Assembly (NCBI GenBank): GCA_035084275.1
Contig: CM068750.1
Coordinates: forward strand, 7,130,001-7,194,000
Source of the DNA: Hydrolagus colliei
Taxonomy: Eukaryota
Length of the DNA: 64,000 nt
Direction of reading: 5' to 3'
The position numbers and the translations under genes were made by a program. Positions 36,699-47,973 of this stretch are shown here, piece after piece. The number at the start of each line of letters is the position of its first letter. Within the stretch, counting starts at the first letter, position 1. Under the pieces are notes generated by a model, which was not told the origin of the DNA, ran no database searches, and saw nothing but the letters and a program-made list of their open reading frames with translations.

Positions 36699-39600
36699 CA
36701 CATATAATTTATGTATCATTTCCACGTATAATTTCCCGTGCTCATTGTGAGCCCATCTGCAAGATTGGAGGAGGAAGAGGAGCTGAAAGTAAAATCAAAA
36801 GAAGAAAGAAAACACATAGCGACTACCTATAAAGTTGATATAACTTATAGGAAACAACTTGAGCCAGCCCAGGATATTTCCTAAACAGACAGGACAGCCT
36901 TTGTGTGGCATTACCCACAGGAATGAATTGAAAATGCTAAACATTTTGCTTCTGAATGCATCTCCATTGATAATGAACTGACCAGCACATCTGATTTAAA
37001 ATGTATTTTTGCGTCGCAAAATCAAATTTAGATATGCATAGGTGAATGAGTAAAATAGCTTAATTACACGGTTGTTTACTGGTCTGCAATTGATTTGTAT
37101 TTATCAAAATCAACTCCCAAGGATTCAGCGCCATCTGAGTCCTGGGATGCAGAAGGCTGGTGGTTCTGTTGTGCTCTGCTGGCATTTCATGTCAAATTCA
37201 GCTCAATATGACATTATTGACTACATCAGCCTAGTAGATAACAACAACAACTTGCATGTGTTCTGAAGGTTGCAGGTTTGTCTTATGGTGGGCTTGATCT
37301 GAATTGGAACTGTAGTTGTCTTAGCTAACCTGTGCTAGGAAGGAAGAGAGAGAAAAAAACAGGCAATTCCCATTCCAAATTACTGTACTATCTTATCATC
37401 TCTACTGGAAAATATATGTGTGTGGATAGTGGGTGAGAACAAATTTGAACTTACTTGTGGCAGCAACCAGCAAAGCCGCCTGTTGACATTCACTGTTTTG
37501 GCTCAATGTACCTGTTTAAGCTTTTTAATGCAATATGAACAGTGTAACCAGATGTGCTTTTCCCTTAAGATAGGATCTAAAGGCGATAGACAACAGTAAC
37601 ATCCCTAAAGGTTGCAAAATAATTATTTTCACAGGATCTAACTTTCAAATTAATGTCCTCTAGATACATACAGGATGTACCTTAAGGAAAATTATTTTTA
37701 CTTCTGTAAGCAGGAAACCATATAAATCCCATGAAGAGAAAGTTACTGCACAGTAGTTGGTTACCGGCAGTTTAAGGATAGGAAATGGATCTCATCACTA
37801 GCTTGTGTAAACATAATGCTTTTTTTTGTAACACAGATTACATTTAAACATGGATAAACTGGATCCTTCCAATAGGCCACCTCATCTCTAACTTAGTTAC
37901 GCAACACAAGTGTTTCATTGCAAGACTTAAATGCATAACCTACTACAGTATATGCGGGTTTCACATTGTCTCATGATGAAAAAAACATTATAAAAAGATA
38001 ATGTTCCTATAAAAAAAGACACTGCTGCTTTGATATATGTTAGATATATTTGAAAAGCATTTTTGTGATGTATGCTGGTTATAGAATTTCCTAGGAATTT
38101 ACTATAAATTATTTGGTAATAATAACTTGCATTAATGGCACAATTCATAATTCTTCAGCGTGAATGTTATCATATCCACATGAACAGCCTCTGCTAACAG
38201 AAAACAAACGTATAAGTACCTGCAACACACATTACACTAATAGCAAATACTTTAGGCTGAATTCAAAGCATACTGATGAAATTGTAGGTCTCGGACATCC
38301 ACCAAAATACTACATGATGAATTTTGAATCTCTTGAACAGTAATATTCTTCGGTATTCATTTCTCGCTATAATTATTATCCTTTAACTTCCCACTCTGAT
38401 GTCAGAGAATATTATGGCAGTATAATCCTATCATCCTCCTGTACTCCACTTATAGGCTACTAATCCAATATGCACCCATTTTTCACTGAAAAAAGCAAAA
38501 GTGGTTTCTATAAATTTCCACAATATAACAGACAATCGGGGGATGTACTACAGACTTTTGTTTTTTGGGCTGCTGGCTGGGAGCCCAAAACCAACTCTCA
38601 ACCACATACAGTACATGTCTAATTCACCCCCAGCCATCCATTATTCTATATAAATGTCTTACAAGGAAAAGCAAAGTGTAAGTAGACAAATGACTCTTGC
38701 TTAAATGAAAGAGTAATTTAATTGCAGCCTCAAAGTGTGTATGCGTCATTGAATAAAATACTTTTTATATTGTTTCCTAAACTGCTTTTCTGCAAAATGA
38801 ATAACTGGAGGCATTTCATTATGTAATCAATCATGCGCCACTGGTTTATTTGTGTAAGTTTGGAGACTCCACATTGTAGAGGTTTCAAATATGAACTAAC
38901 AAAAACAAACATATTACAGAATGGCATGTAAGCACTGTGTCATTCCATTTCACTTCATAGCCTCTAATGCAGATACTGTGTCAGCATTACAGTTATGAGG
39001 CATGACTGAAGATGCAGTTGGATGTGTTAACATTATCTTACTGTTCGGCAAATTGTTACAAAATAATGTGAATTTATAGATTGATGAGTAGACTAATTAT
39101 CTACCACCTAATGAAAAGATGTTATGCCAAGCAGAATGGAAGGGGAATAAGATGTCCTTATTAAGCAATTACAGACATATGTACATCTTGAAATGATCCT
39201 GCTAAGCTTGAAAAAAGAAAACAGTGCTTAACAGAACGTAGGGTACAGTGATTACCTTTGTACCATCCTCAATATAAAGGGAGGGAATTAAGTGTACACA
39301 AACAACATTAAATGCCCTTTACATTTGAAGGTGAACTCACTTATTACCCTGGCCTGGCAACGCCTGTCACTTGTCAAGGTCCTGCTCGCCTCACATGTAT
39401 ATTATTAATATTATTATTTTACAATGGCATCCTTCTTATGCGCTCAGGATGGAGTTCAATGAAACGCATTATCTAAATATAGAATGATACAGTACACATA
39501 CTCGTTCACTCCCAAGAATCCCCATCCATAACTAGAAGACGCGAAAAAGGATTATTATTATTATCTTCGCTGGTTGAACGCTTTATGCATTGACGTTATA

Positions 39601-42387
39601 AGTATAGCAGCAAAAGTGGTTCTCCCTTCAGTTTCAGTGAGAAGTCGCCACGTTGTTTCTCTTCTATCTTGTGATATGTGAAAGTCATTTGTGCCGAGGG
39701 CAGTTTGAGGGAGTATATGTGTGTGTGTGTGTGTGTATAAAAAAAAACCCATCGATTGTTACAGATCAGAGCCCAAGTAATCATTTGAGAAAATGTAAAT
39801 GGTACCTGACGGGAATAAAACTTTATCGAACCGAAAATGATCTCCACGAACAAGTCGGTGGTTTTGAAATGTTACAAGGCAATGAATGATCTTCCTGTGA
39901 TCATCTTGCAGTGGTAGTTTTGAAATGAACCAGGATATATATAGATAGATATATATATATTTTTACACACACATGTTGGAGCCTGTTCAACAGAATAAAA
40001 TTGGAACAAAGGAAAGATTTTGAAACTCGGGGTTGATTTATAAAGTAGTGATTTGATTTGGGTGTCCATACTTCTAGAAGGTGGGGGGTTTGGTTGGTGG
40101 GGAGGGGAGGGGAGGGGGAAGGAAGACTGGAGAGGAATTCTAGAAGCAGATGAATGAGGCACAGACCAAACGAGACATATTTTTTTAAGCGAAGCTCAGA
40201 AAAAAGCTGCGATACAAAAGGGTAATGTTACAATGGCTTTTGAGGTCTTATTAAGACGGGACAGCGCTGAGAAGCTTTAGATAAGAGCACCCATACAGGG
40301 CGGTTTGTAGTTTCATTTCCTGAAGCGTTTTAATAAAACGTTGGGTTTGCTTCTTTCCAACTCCTTACCCCCAAGTCGCACAACGTGTGTTAAAACTCGA
40401 GAGAGAGAGAGAGAGAGAGGAGACTCACTGAGTGTTGGGGTAATGAGCTATACCAGACAATTACCATTCCAGGTTCTGTTAAAGGGAAGGCTGATGTTAT
40501 CTGAGTGAAGCGTATCAGTTGAAATGTGTGTAATTGCACTGTCAAACAGCTGAAAAGTACTCCCCTTCAGCTTATTGCCACTTCAAAATGAAATTCTTTC
40601 TCTGGCATGGTTATGCCTGATATGCAGGCATCAAAGAGGAGGCAGCAGGTCGCAGCCTCGGGCTATACACCTTTTTTAAAACACACACACACACAAGAGA
40701 GAGAGAGAGAGAGAGATAGCTCAACGATTGTTGAGGCAGTGAGAGGTGGTGGATTCTGAGAATTTTCTTTCTTCTTTCGTGTATTTTTTTTAAAAAACAC
40801 ACACACACACACACAAAATAAAGCACATTCAGTCTAAACAGCAGAAAGGAATTTTTTTTTCCGCTCACACGTTACGATTTCAGTGGCGAGATAGATTGCG
40901 AGTCTTTTTTTGGGGGGGTGGGTAACAAGAGACTTAATTAAGTGAGTGGGTGAGTGAGTGAGCAAGAGAAGAGGCTTTTGCTGCTTGCGACAAGGGTCGA
41001 GGGATAAGGTTTGCTCTGATCTTGTTCAGTAAAGCGGCATCTGATGGATGGTTTCCATTTATATATTTCAATCCGTCTCCAAAGCTAGCAACCGGAAACA
41101 AACCCCTCCTGAATTTATAGTCCAGATAGAAGCTATCAGATATTTCCATACTTACATGTGTATGTATAAATATCTCAAAAGCTTTATAAATGTATAAAGC
41201 TAAGAGATCTGGTTGAATGCTTTGTGCGTTCAAATATACAAGTATGCTTTATGCATTCAAATATGCTTTATGTATATATAGTATGCATATATGTATGTAT
41301 ATATATATATATATACACACACACAAAATAACTTAAATATACTTCCATGCCGCATCGTGACATTCACAGTAGCAAGAGCGACATTATGTTTGGGATTACA
41401 TTTTTAAATATACAATCTGGCGATGAGAAGGGGTTATTGTCCCTGGAAACAGACATAGCAGAGGGGCTGGTCTACAAACAGAAATGATTAGTTTGTTTAC
41501 TGGCTGTCTTCAAATGTTTAGAATTCATATTTAAAGCATCGCAGACCACACAGAAGCTCTGGATGTAGAGTCCAGCGACATTTAAACACAGAAAACTTGT
41601 CTTCCCCCCTCGCCCCCCACCCCCCCACCCCCCCCCTCCCCTTCCTCTCCCGAGTTCGGGCGTCAAACCCAGCATTGTTAAATGTCCCCCAGAAGTATTT
41701 AAAATCAATACATTTCATGTGTGCTCCCTCTGCATTCATCGCAAAATAAGTCATGTACTGCCTTTGCATTCACCAACGCACAAAAAAAACTGGGGTAAAG
41801 TTACCAGCATTACAAACTAAATATTGCTCGAGGCAGAATCAGTTTACTTAATAGTTTAAATGTTTCAGACTTGAAGTCGATTCCCTCACCCCCCCCCCCC
41901 CCCCCCACTCCACCCCAACCAGTGGTATACAGTTTAGGGAGATATTTGGAAACTGATGTGGAACAAAAAACAAATGTTGCCCAAGGGGATGTAATCATCA
42001 ATCCTTTTTTTTTAACGATTTATCCAAGCTGACCACAAGCCTGAAAACTGTTACAGGGTCGGGAGTAAAACTGTGTGGACTGCAGCTGACTGTTCCTGAG
42101 GCTTTCTCTGATCTGTGCTCTCTCCACCTGTGGACTCCAGGGAAAGTAACTTTTGGCAGGGCTCACAGTTTCTGTTGGGAGTGCTGAAGCCTTGCTGTGT
42201 GTGTGTGTATGTATATATATATATATATATATATCCCTTTTGGGCCTAGGCAGGCTGGATTTCAACATCTCCAAAAAATTAAAGTCTACATACAACCTTG
42301 ATTAACATCTGCTAACCCTCTTGCTTGCCTTCCTTCCATTTGTTTGACAAACAATGAATCGCTCCGAGGCAAGTCATGGGGGAGGGA

Positions 42388-42423
<36 letters not shown>

Positions 42424-43189
42424 AAGGGGAGAAAATATCCCAGTACAGTAAATGCTGGTAAGAAATATACAAAAAAAAGGATGATTTCATTTTTACAGAG
42501 AGAAAAAAAAACAGGCAAAAGTTTAATCAGGGGAGAAATTCGGTTTAATATATTAGCTTGGTACATGAACAGTTTGTTGTAATAGGGATCTAATATATAT
42601 ATTATATATATTATCATTTTTGGTTTCGTTTTTTTCTTAAGATGTTCTTCTCAGGGTTTGAAATGCCTGTAAAAATGAATAACATGCAGCCCACGATTAC
42701 TATATTTATATAAAAAAAAGTAGGAAGACAGATCAAGTCATTTGGAGATGATATTTCTCCAGCTCCCTCCCCCCCTCCTCCCCCCCCATTTCCTTTCTGG
42801 GCTGTTCTTTTGGCATTCAACAGCTTTCTGGAATCAGATCACCTATTTTCACCTGCAGTCTTAGCATGAGAACTCGATTCATTCACACGTTGTTCATATG
42901 TATATCCTAACCTCCGTTTTACACCTTTTGCAAATCAAGTTCTTTCTCCCCATAAAAACAATGACAACACCCACGCTTAAAGCGCTTCCTTCAGAATAAA
43001 GAGACACATTAGTAAGCCTCCTATATTTCTAATTGCGTATACATTTACACACTGTGATCTTACTATTTTAGAAGTGAAAAATAATAAATAGTACACATTT
43101 ATGAACAAATTTTCTATATTCCCATTTAAACATATACATTCTAATATACAAAGTTAACAAAGACGTTGTACAGAAATTTCTTTTTTTAC

Positions 43190-43410
43190 GTTTAAAATAT
43201 GACTCACTTTTATTTTTTTCCTTTTATATGTAGTTATAAATATATTTTGTCAAAATATATGATCATATGGTCAACATTTGCACATAAGTCATAAATAATG
43301 TAATGGTGAACGTCTGTGTTACGAATAGTGTCCAGACATCATAAAAAGTTAATTATTAGTAGTATTTTTGTTTTCTCTCTCTCCTTCTCTCTCTCTCTCT
43401 CTCTCTCTCC
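43190..43410 (-). promoter_or_regulatory. BMP4 3' UTR with AU-rich block and polyadenylation signal (AATAAA 43214-43209)
   Basis: mRNA sense ...uuauuuaugacuuaugugcaaauguugaccauaugaucauauauuuugacaaaauauauuuauaacuac...aaauaaaagugagucauauuuuaaa closely matches my memory of the mammalian BMP4 3' end. Confidence 0.8.
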
Positions 43411-44297
43411 TCAGTGGCATCCGCATCCCTCTACCACCATCTCCTGATAGTTTTTCAACACAACTTTGTCGTATTCGTCCAAGTAGAGCATTGAGATAGG
43501 GCTGAGTTCTGTGGGGACGCAGCAAGCCTTGGGGATGTTGGAGTTTACAGAGTTTACAAGAGTCTGCACGATGGCGTGGTTGGTTGAATTCAGGTGATCT
43601 GCCAGTGGGAATGGGCAGTCGCCGTGACAGTAAAAGGCTTGGTAGCCAGGCGGTGCCACTATCCAGTCGTTCCAGCCCACATCGCTGAAATCCACATAGA
43701 GCGAGTGCCTCCTGCAGTGCGATTTGTTCTTCTTGCGTCTCAGGCCTTTGCCGCTGCGTTTCACCCTCCGGGTGAGAGCGTGTCCCTTGCCATCGTGGCT
43801 GAAAGTTACAAGCAAAGGCCTGAGCTGCGACCAATCGCCTCCAACAGCACCTCCTCCTCCTCCTCCTCCCTCACCCCTCCTCCCTCCGGCTCTCTGGTGC
43901 AGCGATCTGCTAATCCTAACGTGCGAGCCTTGCTGGCTTCTCGTCTCGTTCAGGTGAATCACTTCGACCGCCAGCCCGTGGTTAGGCTGTTTGTGCACCG
44001 TCCATCTCAACACGGCCGGGCTCACGTCAAAGCTTTCCCACTGTGTCCTGTTCTGATGGACCAACCTGGTATCCAACAGCCTGGTGATGAGGTCGCCCTG
44101 TTTGCTGGGGGCCCTCATGATCTCATAGACGTTGATGCGGTGGAAACCTTCATCCCAGTTCAACAGGCTGTCGATCCGCTCCCGGTAAACTCTCAGCTCG
44201 GCAGAAGAAAGCACTTCGTTCTCGGGAACCGCGCTGATATTAAACACAAAACGAAACGTGAAGTCTTGCCTCCAGCCTGGCACCAACTCCAAGTGGT
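43411..44297 (-). CDS. BMP4: Bone morphogenetic protein 4, last coding exon (C-terminal prodomain, furin sites, mature TGF-beta domain)
   Basis: Acceptor ...tgttgcgaaacag|AC; RISR (43917-43906) and RRVKR (43770-43756) cleavage sites; 114-aa mature domain with 7 Cys ([38 protein letters not shown]...ACCVPTEL...[23 protein letters not shown]); TGA at 43413-43411. YQAF, EYDK and YQEM favour BMP4 over BMP2. Confidence 0.97.
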
Positions 44298-45251
44298 CTG
44301 TTTCGCAACAGAAATGAGAGACAACCCTTAAAACAACTGATTCATCAAGTGTATGTGAGGTGGAGAGGGGTGGGGGGGGTGGGGAGAGAGGCAAACACAC
44401 ACACACATACACACAAACATGTACTGTATACCCATTCATACACACACACAGGACCCGAGTAAATACCCTTTAATTAAAAGATATGATACAACTAGACTAA
44501 ACCGAGGCCAAACAAAAGGTGACGCCCGCCTCTAAACTTATTACACCAAAAAACTAGTGTTTTTGACTCAAAAATGTCGAATCGACCACTTAATAACGCA
44601 AAACCAGTTTCACACAAGAGCTAAACACACAGCAGGAAAAATAACCTTGGCTCGTTTCTTCGAAGTACTTTTGTCACCTGCCACAACTGCCCACCCCCCA
44701 CCCCAGCCCCTCACCCACAACCCCAACTGAGACTCGACTATTAATTGAAATCTGCAATCCTCTCCAGGTTACAGAAAGTCTAAATGCGCCAGCCACTCGA
44801 GCACATTGCACTCACCCAACAATACTCCACTAAAATAATATATATATTTTTTTAAAAAACACGTCTATCTCCCAATACCTGTGCCTGGATTCCTGAACAT
44901 TCAACATTCAAATGACCTGATCTGTCTGGGACTGTAAATACACAACTGTAAATACCCATTTCCCCCCCCCCCCCCCCCCTTCTAAAAACAAAACATTCAG
45001 AAAGTCCCTTCTGTATATACAGTGTACTCCATTATTTGTACCCCCCCCACCCCCCAACTTAGCCCAGTCCACTCCCCACTATTGGGGAGAGTATCATTAT
45101 CATCATCAACAACAACAACAACCATAAGATTGGTAAGTGAATGGCTCGAAAAAGACAACACAAACGAGTCATCAAAGTGAGAATCTCAACACTCGCTGCT
45201 ATATATACATTATATACACACACATACACATAATATACACACACATAACAT

Positions 45252-45399
45252 NNNNNNNNNNNNNNNNNNNNNNNNNNNNNNNNNNNNNNNNNNNNNNNNN
45301 NNNNNNNNNNNNNNNNNNNNNNNNNNNNNNNNNNNNNNNNNNNNNNNNNNNNNNNNNNNNNNNNNNNNNNNNNNNNNNNNNNNNNNNNNNNNNNNNNNN
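45252..45399. other. Assembly gap (148 N) inside the BMP4 coding intron
   Basis: Run of N flanked by (CA/TA)-rich low-complexity sequence. Confidence 1.
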
Positions 45400-45441
45400 A
45401 CACACATCGCCAGGGCAAAATAAGAAAGAGAAGCCCCTGCC

Positions 45442-45472
<31 letters not shown>

Positions 45473-45503
45473 CCCCACCTCCCAAGTGAAGTGTGTTTAG
45501 TAC

Positions 45504-45855
45504 CTTCGTGATGGAAACCCCTCACGGTGTTGGCCCGACTCGCCGATATCTCGGGATAATCGAAGTTGATGTCGTGGGTGATCTCGTCCCCAGACTGAAG
45601 CCTGTACAGATCCAGCATATACTGGGGAATGACGGCAGATTTGCTGGGCTGTGGGCGTCGTTGCAATCCGAACATGTTAAGTAAAGTGGCCTCGAATTCC
45701 CGTAGCAGTTCATGGTTTTGCGGAGAGCGACGTCCACCCGCCTGGTTTTGCTCAGCGAACTTCTTCCTTCCTTCCTCGGGTATTAGACTAGCATTACCTC
45801 CCAGTAAGACTTGGCATAATAAAATTACCATCAGCATTCGGTTACCAGGAATCAT
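45504..45855 (-). CDS. BMP4: BMP4 first coding exon (signal peptide and N-terminal prodomain); exon begins at 45862
   Basis: [20 protein letters not shown]...[41 protein letters not shown]...[13 protein letters not shown]; acceptor ccgtag|AGACACCATG, donor GAAG|gtact. 352 nt + 887 nt = 413 codons in frame. Confidence 0.97.
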
Positions 45856-46789
45856 GGTGTCTCTACGGAGCGCAAAACACACACACACACACAACACACA
45901 CACACACACAAAAAAAAAGGAGCGAGAATTAGAGTAATCTTCAATCAACGCCCCAGAGAGAGCGAGGGAGAGAAAGAGAGAGAAAGAGAAAGAGAGTAAG
46001 CAAGAAAGAGAGCGAGAGAGAGAGAGAGTGAGTGAGAGGGAGAGAGAGCGCTACACAGAGCAAAGAAAAGAAGAGTGAAAGAGGTATAATTACTTGGTCT
46101 GACTCGGTTACAGTTAAATAGCCCCATAATCAGTCAGATAGCACCATCATGTTACTCTTTGTGTTCCTGGGATCTCAGTAATTACCTCAGGCTGATTTTT
46201 CTTTCAGAAGTAAACAGTATAAAAATATTTGCAATGAATTTCTCCCCCTCTTGGCTCAATCGTGTTATTTTTTTTGAGGGGGTTGGTGAAGAGGGTGAAG
46301 AGTGTTTATACATTGCTCTACAAAACTACTGTCTAAACCCCGTTTAATTTCTTCTTCCCCACCTCCCCACCTCTCACCCTTCCCCCGTGGGCTCCTTTTT
46401 GATAAGACTTGTCCGTAGCGTGTGGCTGGAAACACTTTGCTTCTTGACAGCCAAGGTACAACAACAACAACAACAACAAAACACAGACCCGAGGAAGCCA
46501 CTCCACATTCAACAGGGTTTCAATGATAAAAACCATGTCGGAAAAAAGAAGGATCGCGAGTTGGAACTCTCGCTGGGAAAGAGACTGTCCAGCGCATCTT
46601 CTACACATCGCTATCTCTCTCTCTCTCTCTGTCTTTCTCTCTTTTTTTTCTTTTTAAAAAAAATCCTGCTCCAACAATTCAAAAAAAAACCAGGAACAGA
46701 AAAAAAAATGAAATTCTCCCTCCCCCAACTTATTTAGGAAGAAAGGGGCTACTCACTGACAGAAAACAAGGCAGGTGAAAACAGTCCAT
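45842..46789 (-). CDS. Spliced overlapping uORF2, 17 aa [17 protein letters not shown] (46789-46757 joined to 45862-45842)
   Basis: ATG in AUCAUGG context; runs through the main ATG out of frame and stops at TAA 45844-45842. Translation itself is inferred. Confidence 0.6.
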
Positions 46790-46882
46790 GATTCTTGACA
46801 GCCCGTACTTGGGGACAAATTCTTGAAAAGCTCAGGGACTCTGGAGCTGTGGTCGGCTCGGCTGCTTATTATCGGATCCCTC
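46757..46882 (-). other. BMP4: BMP4 5' UTR exon (126 nt)
   Basis: Acceptor ttcttccag|GAG, donor CTGTCA|gtgagt. Its 3' part ggctgtcaagaatcatggactgtt..tgccttgttttctgtca matches my memory of the human BMP4 UTR exon. Confidence 0.85.
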
Positions 46883-46974
46883 CTGGAAGAACATTTGAAT
46901 ATAATGAGCTGAGAGACTCTTCTTTCTGCGCTTTCCTTTTTCACTTCAGTCCGCAACGTCAGCGGGCCCGCCTT

Positions 46975-47215
46975 TCACACCGGTCAATCATTGCTTCCCC
47001 TTCCCCGAGCGCCCGCCTTGTCTGAAATGTCCCACCAAAAGTGCAGCGGTGCAATTGGCGGCCCCCGGGCCGCCTTGTCAATCAGCCCGGCAAGCCTCAC
47101 CTCCCCGCTGTCAATCAAACGATTAAGACCCCGCCCTCTCTCCTCGACACGCCCACCGTGGGAGGAGGGGCCTGGCGTGTGGCCCCGCCCTCCGCCTGTC
47201 CATCAATGCGAGGCA
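46975..47215. promoter_or_regulatory. GC/CpG-rich proximal regulatory block (GC boxes, CCAAT, four TGAT[T/G]GAC motifs)
   Basis: ccccgccc at 47129 and 47183, ATTGG at 47054, and gtcaatca/gtccatca at 46983, 47077, 47110 and 47198. Confidence 0.65.
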
Positions 47216-47405
47216 TTGAGCCCAAGGACTCGGGGCTGATGCTGGAATAACTCATACACGCACAACACACACACACAAAAGTTCACCACCGCTCCTTACT
47301 TCACACTGCACACAGAGGCTTGGGAATCCAGCAGCATTCATTGTAGAACTGCCTACATTAGGAACCCAGGCATTTATTCACTCACTCACTCAATCACTCA
47401 CTCAC

Positions 47406-47565
47406 TTCCACTCAGACGAGTCCACCAAGAGCAAAAGTCTCCTCGCCTTCTTCCTTCATCTTACAGATGCACCAGAGGTTTTCTTATCTCCATCCCCCAC
47501 CCTCCACCCCCCAAACTCCCACCTCTCTCCCTCTCTCTCTTTCTCTTCCTCTCTCCTCGTCTCAC
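47406..47565 (-). other. Possible alternative first exon (purine-rich) with a TATA-like element at 47597-47591
   Basis: TTATATAG about 30 nt upstream, GA-rich body, and a GGAA|gtgagt donor at 47405. The donor lies in a (GTGA)n repeat, so it may be chance. Confidence 0.25.
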
Positions 47566-47942
47566 TACATCCATCACAGGGTCACACAGACTATATAACA
47601 CGACACACCTTCAAACCACCACACGCACAAGCAGAATTGTGATACCAGCGGCGCACACTTGGATTTTGTCCACCTCAGCCAACACTCAACGCCAGGTTCA
47701 CATTTAGCAACAACATCTTAAAAAATATATTTTTCAAGGGAAAAATACTACAGTTTCTCTCATAGCTTTGGTAAACAGACACACACACTTTTTTTTTAAA
47801 TGGTGTTTTCTCAGTACTTTTTTAATCTCCGTCGCGAGTTTGCAAACTGCAGGCTATTCGCCCGCAAACTCTTCCAATCGCGCAGAGTGTGTAAAGGTTG
47901 TAGCATCACATAACTAGACCTGTCACAATCCATATTTTGACC

Positions 47943-47973
<31 letters not shown>

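Noticed and set aside
6000-37000. Numerous 60-130 aa ORFs in the gene desert
   Set aside because: Random composition, frequent non-ATG starts, no splice structure or domain motifs; expected by chance.
43277-43283. TTTGCAC miR-19 seed match in the 3' UTR
   Set aside because: It lies on the plus strand; the mRNA carries the reverse complement.
43349-43834. 161-aa alternative-frame ORF overlapping the mature domain
   Set aside because: Non-ATG start, ends in a (GA)n repeat, and has no protein-like features.
43594-44331. 245-aa plus-strand ORF antisense to the last BMP4 exon
   Set aside because: Shadow ORF of a GC-rich coding exon; no recognisable domain or independent gene signals.
44298-44445. 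N-terminal extension of the 344-aa ORF (and 45856-45948 of the 249-aa ORF)
   Set aside because: Intronic (TG)n-derived sequence upstream of clear splice acceptors.
47007-47024. Possible composite Smad BRE (AGCGCC...GTCTG)
   Set aside because: The GC half-site is non-canonical and the spacer is 6 nt rather than 5.
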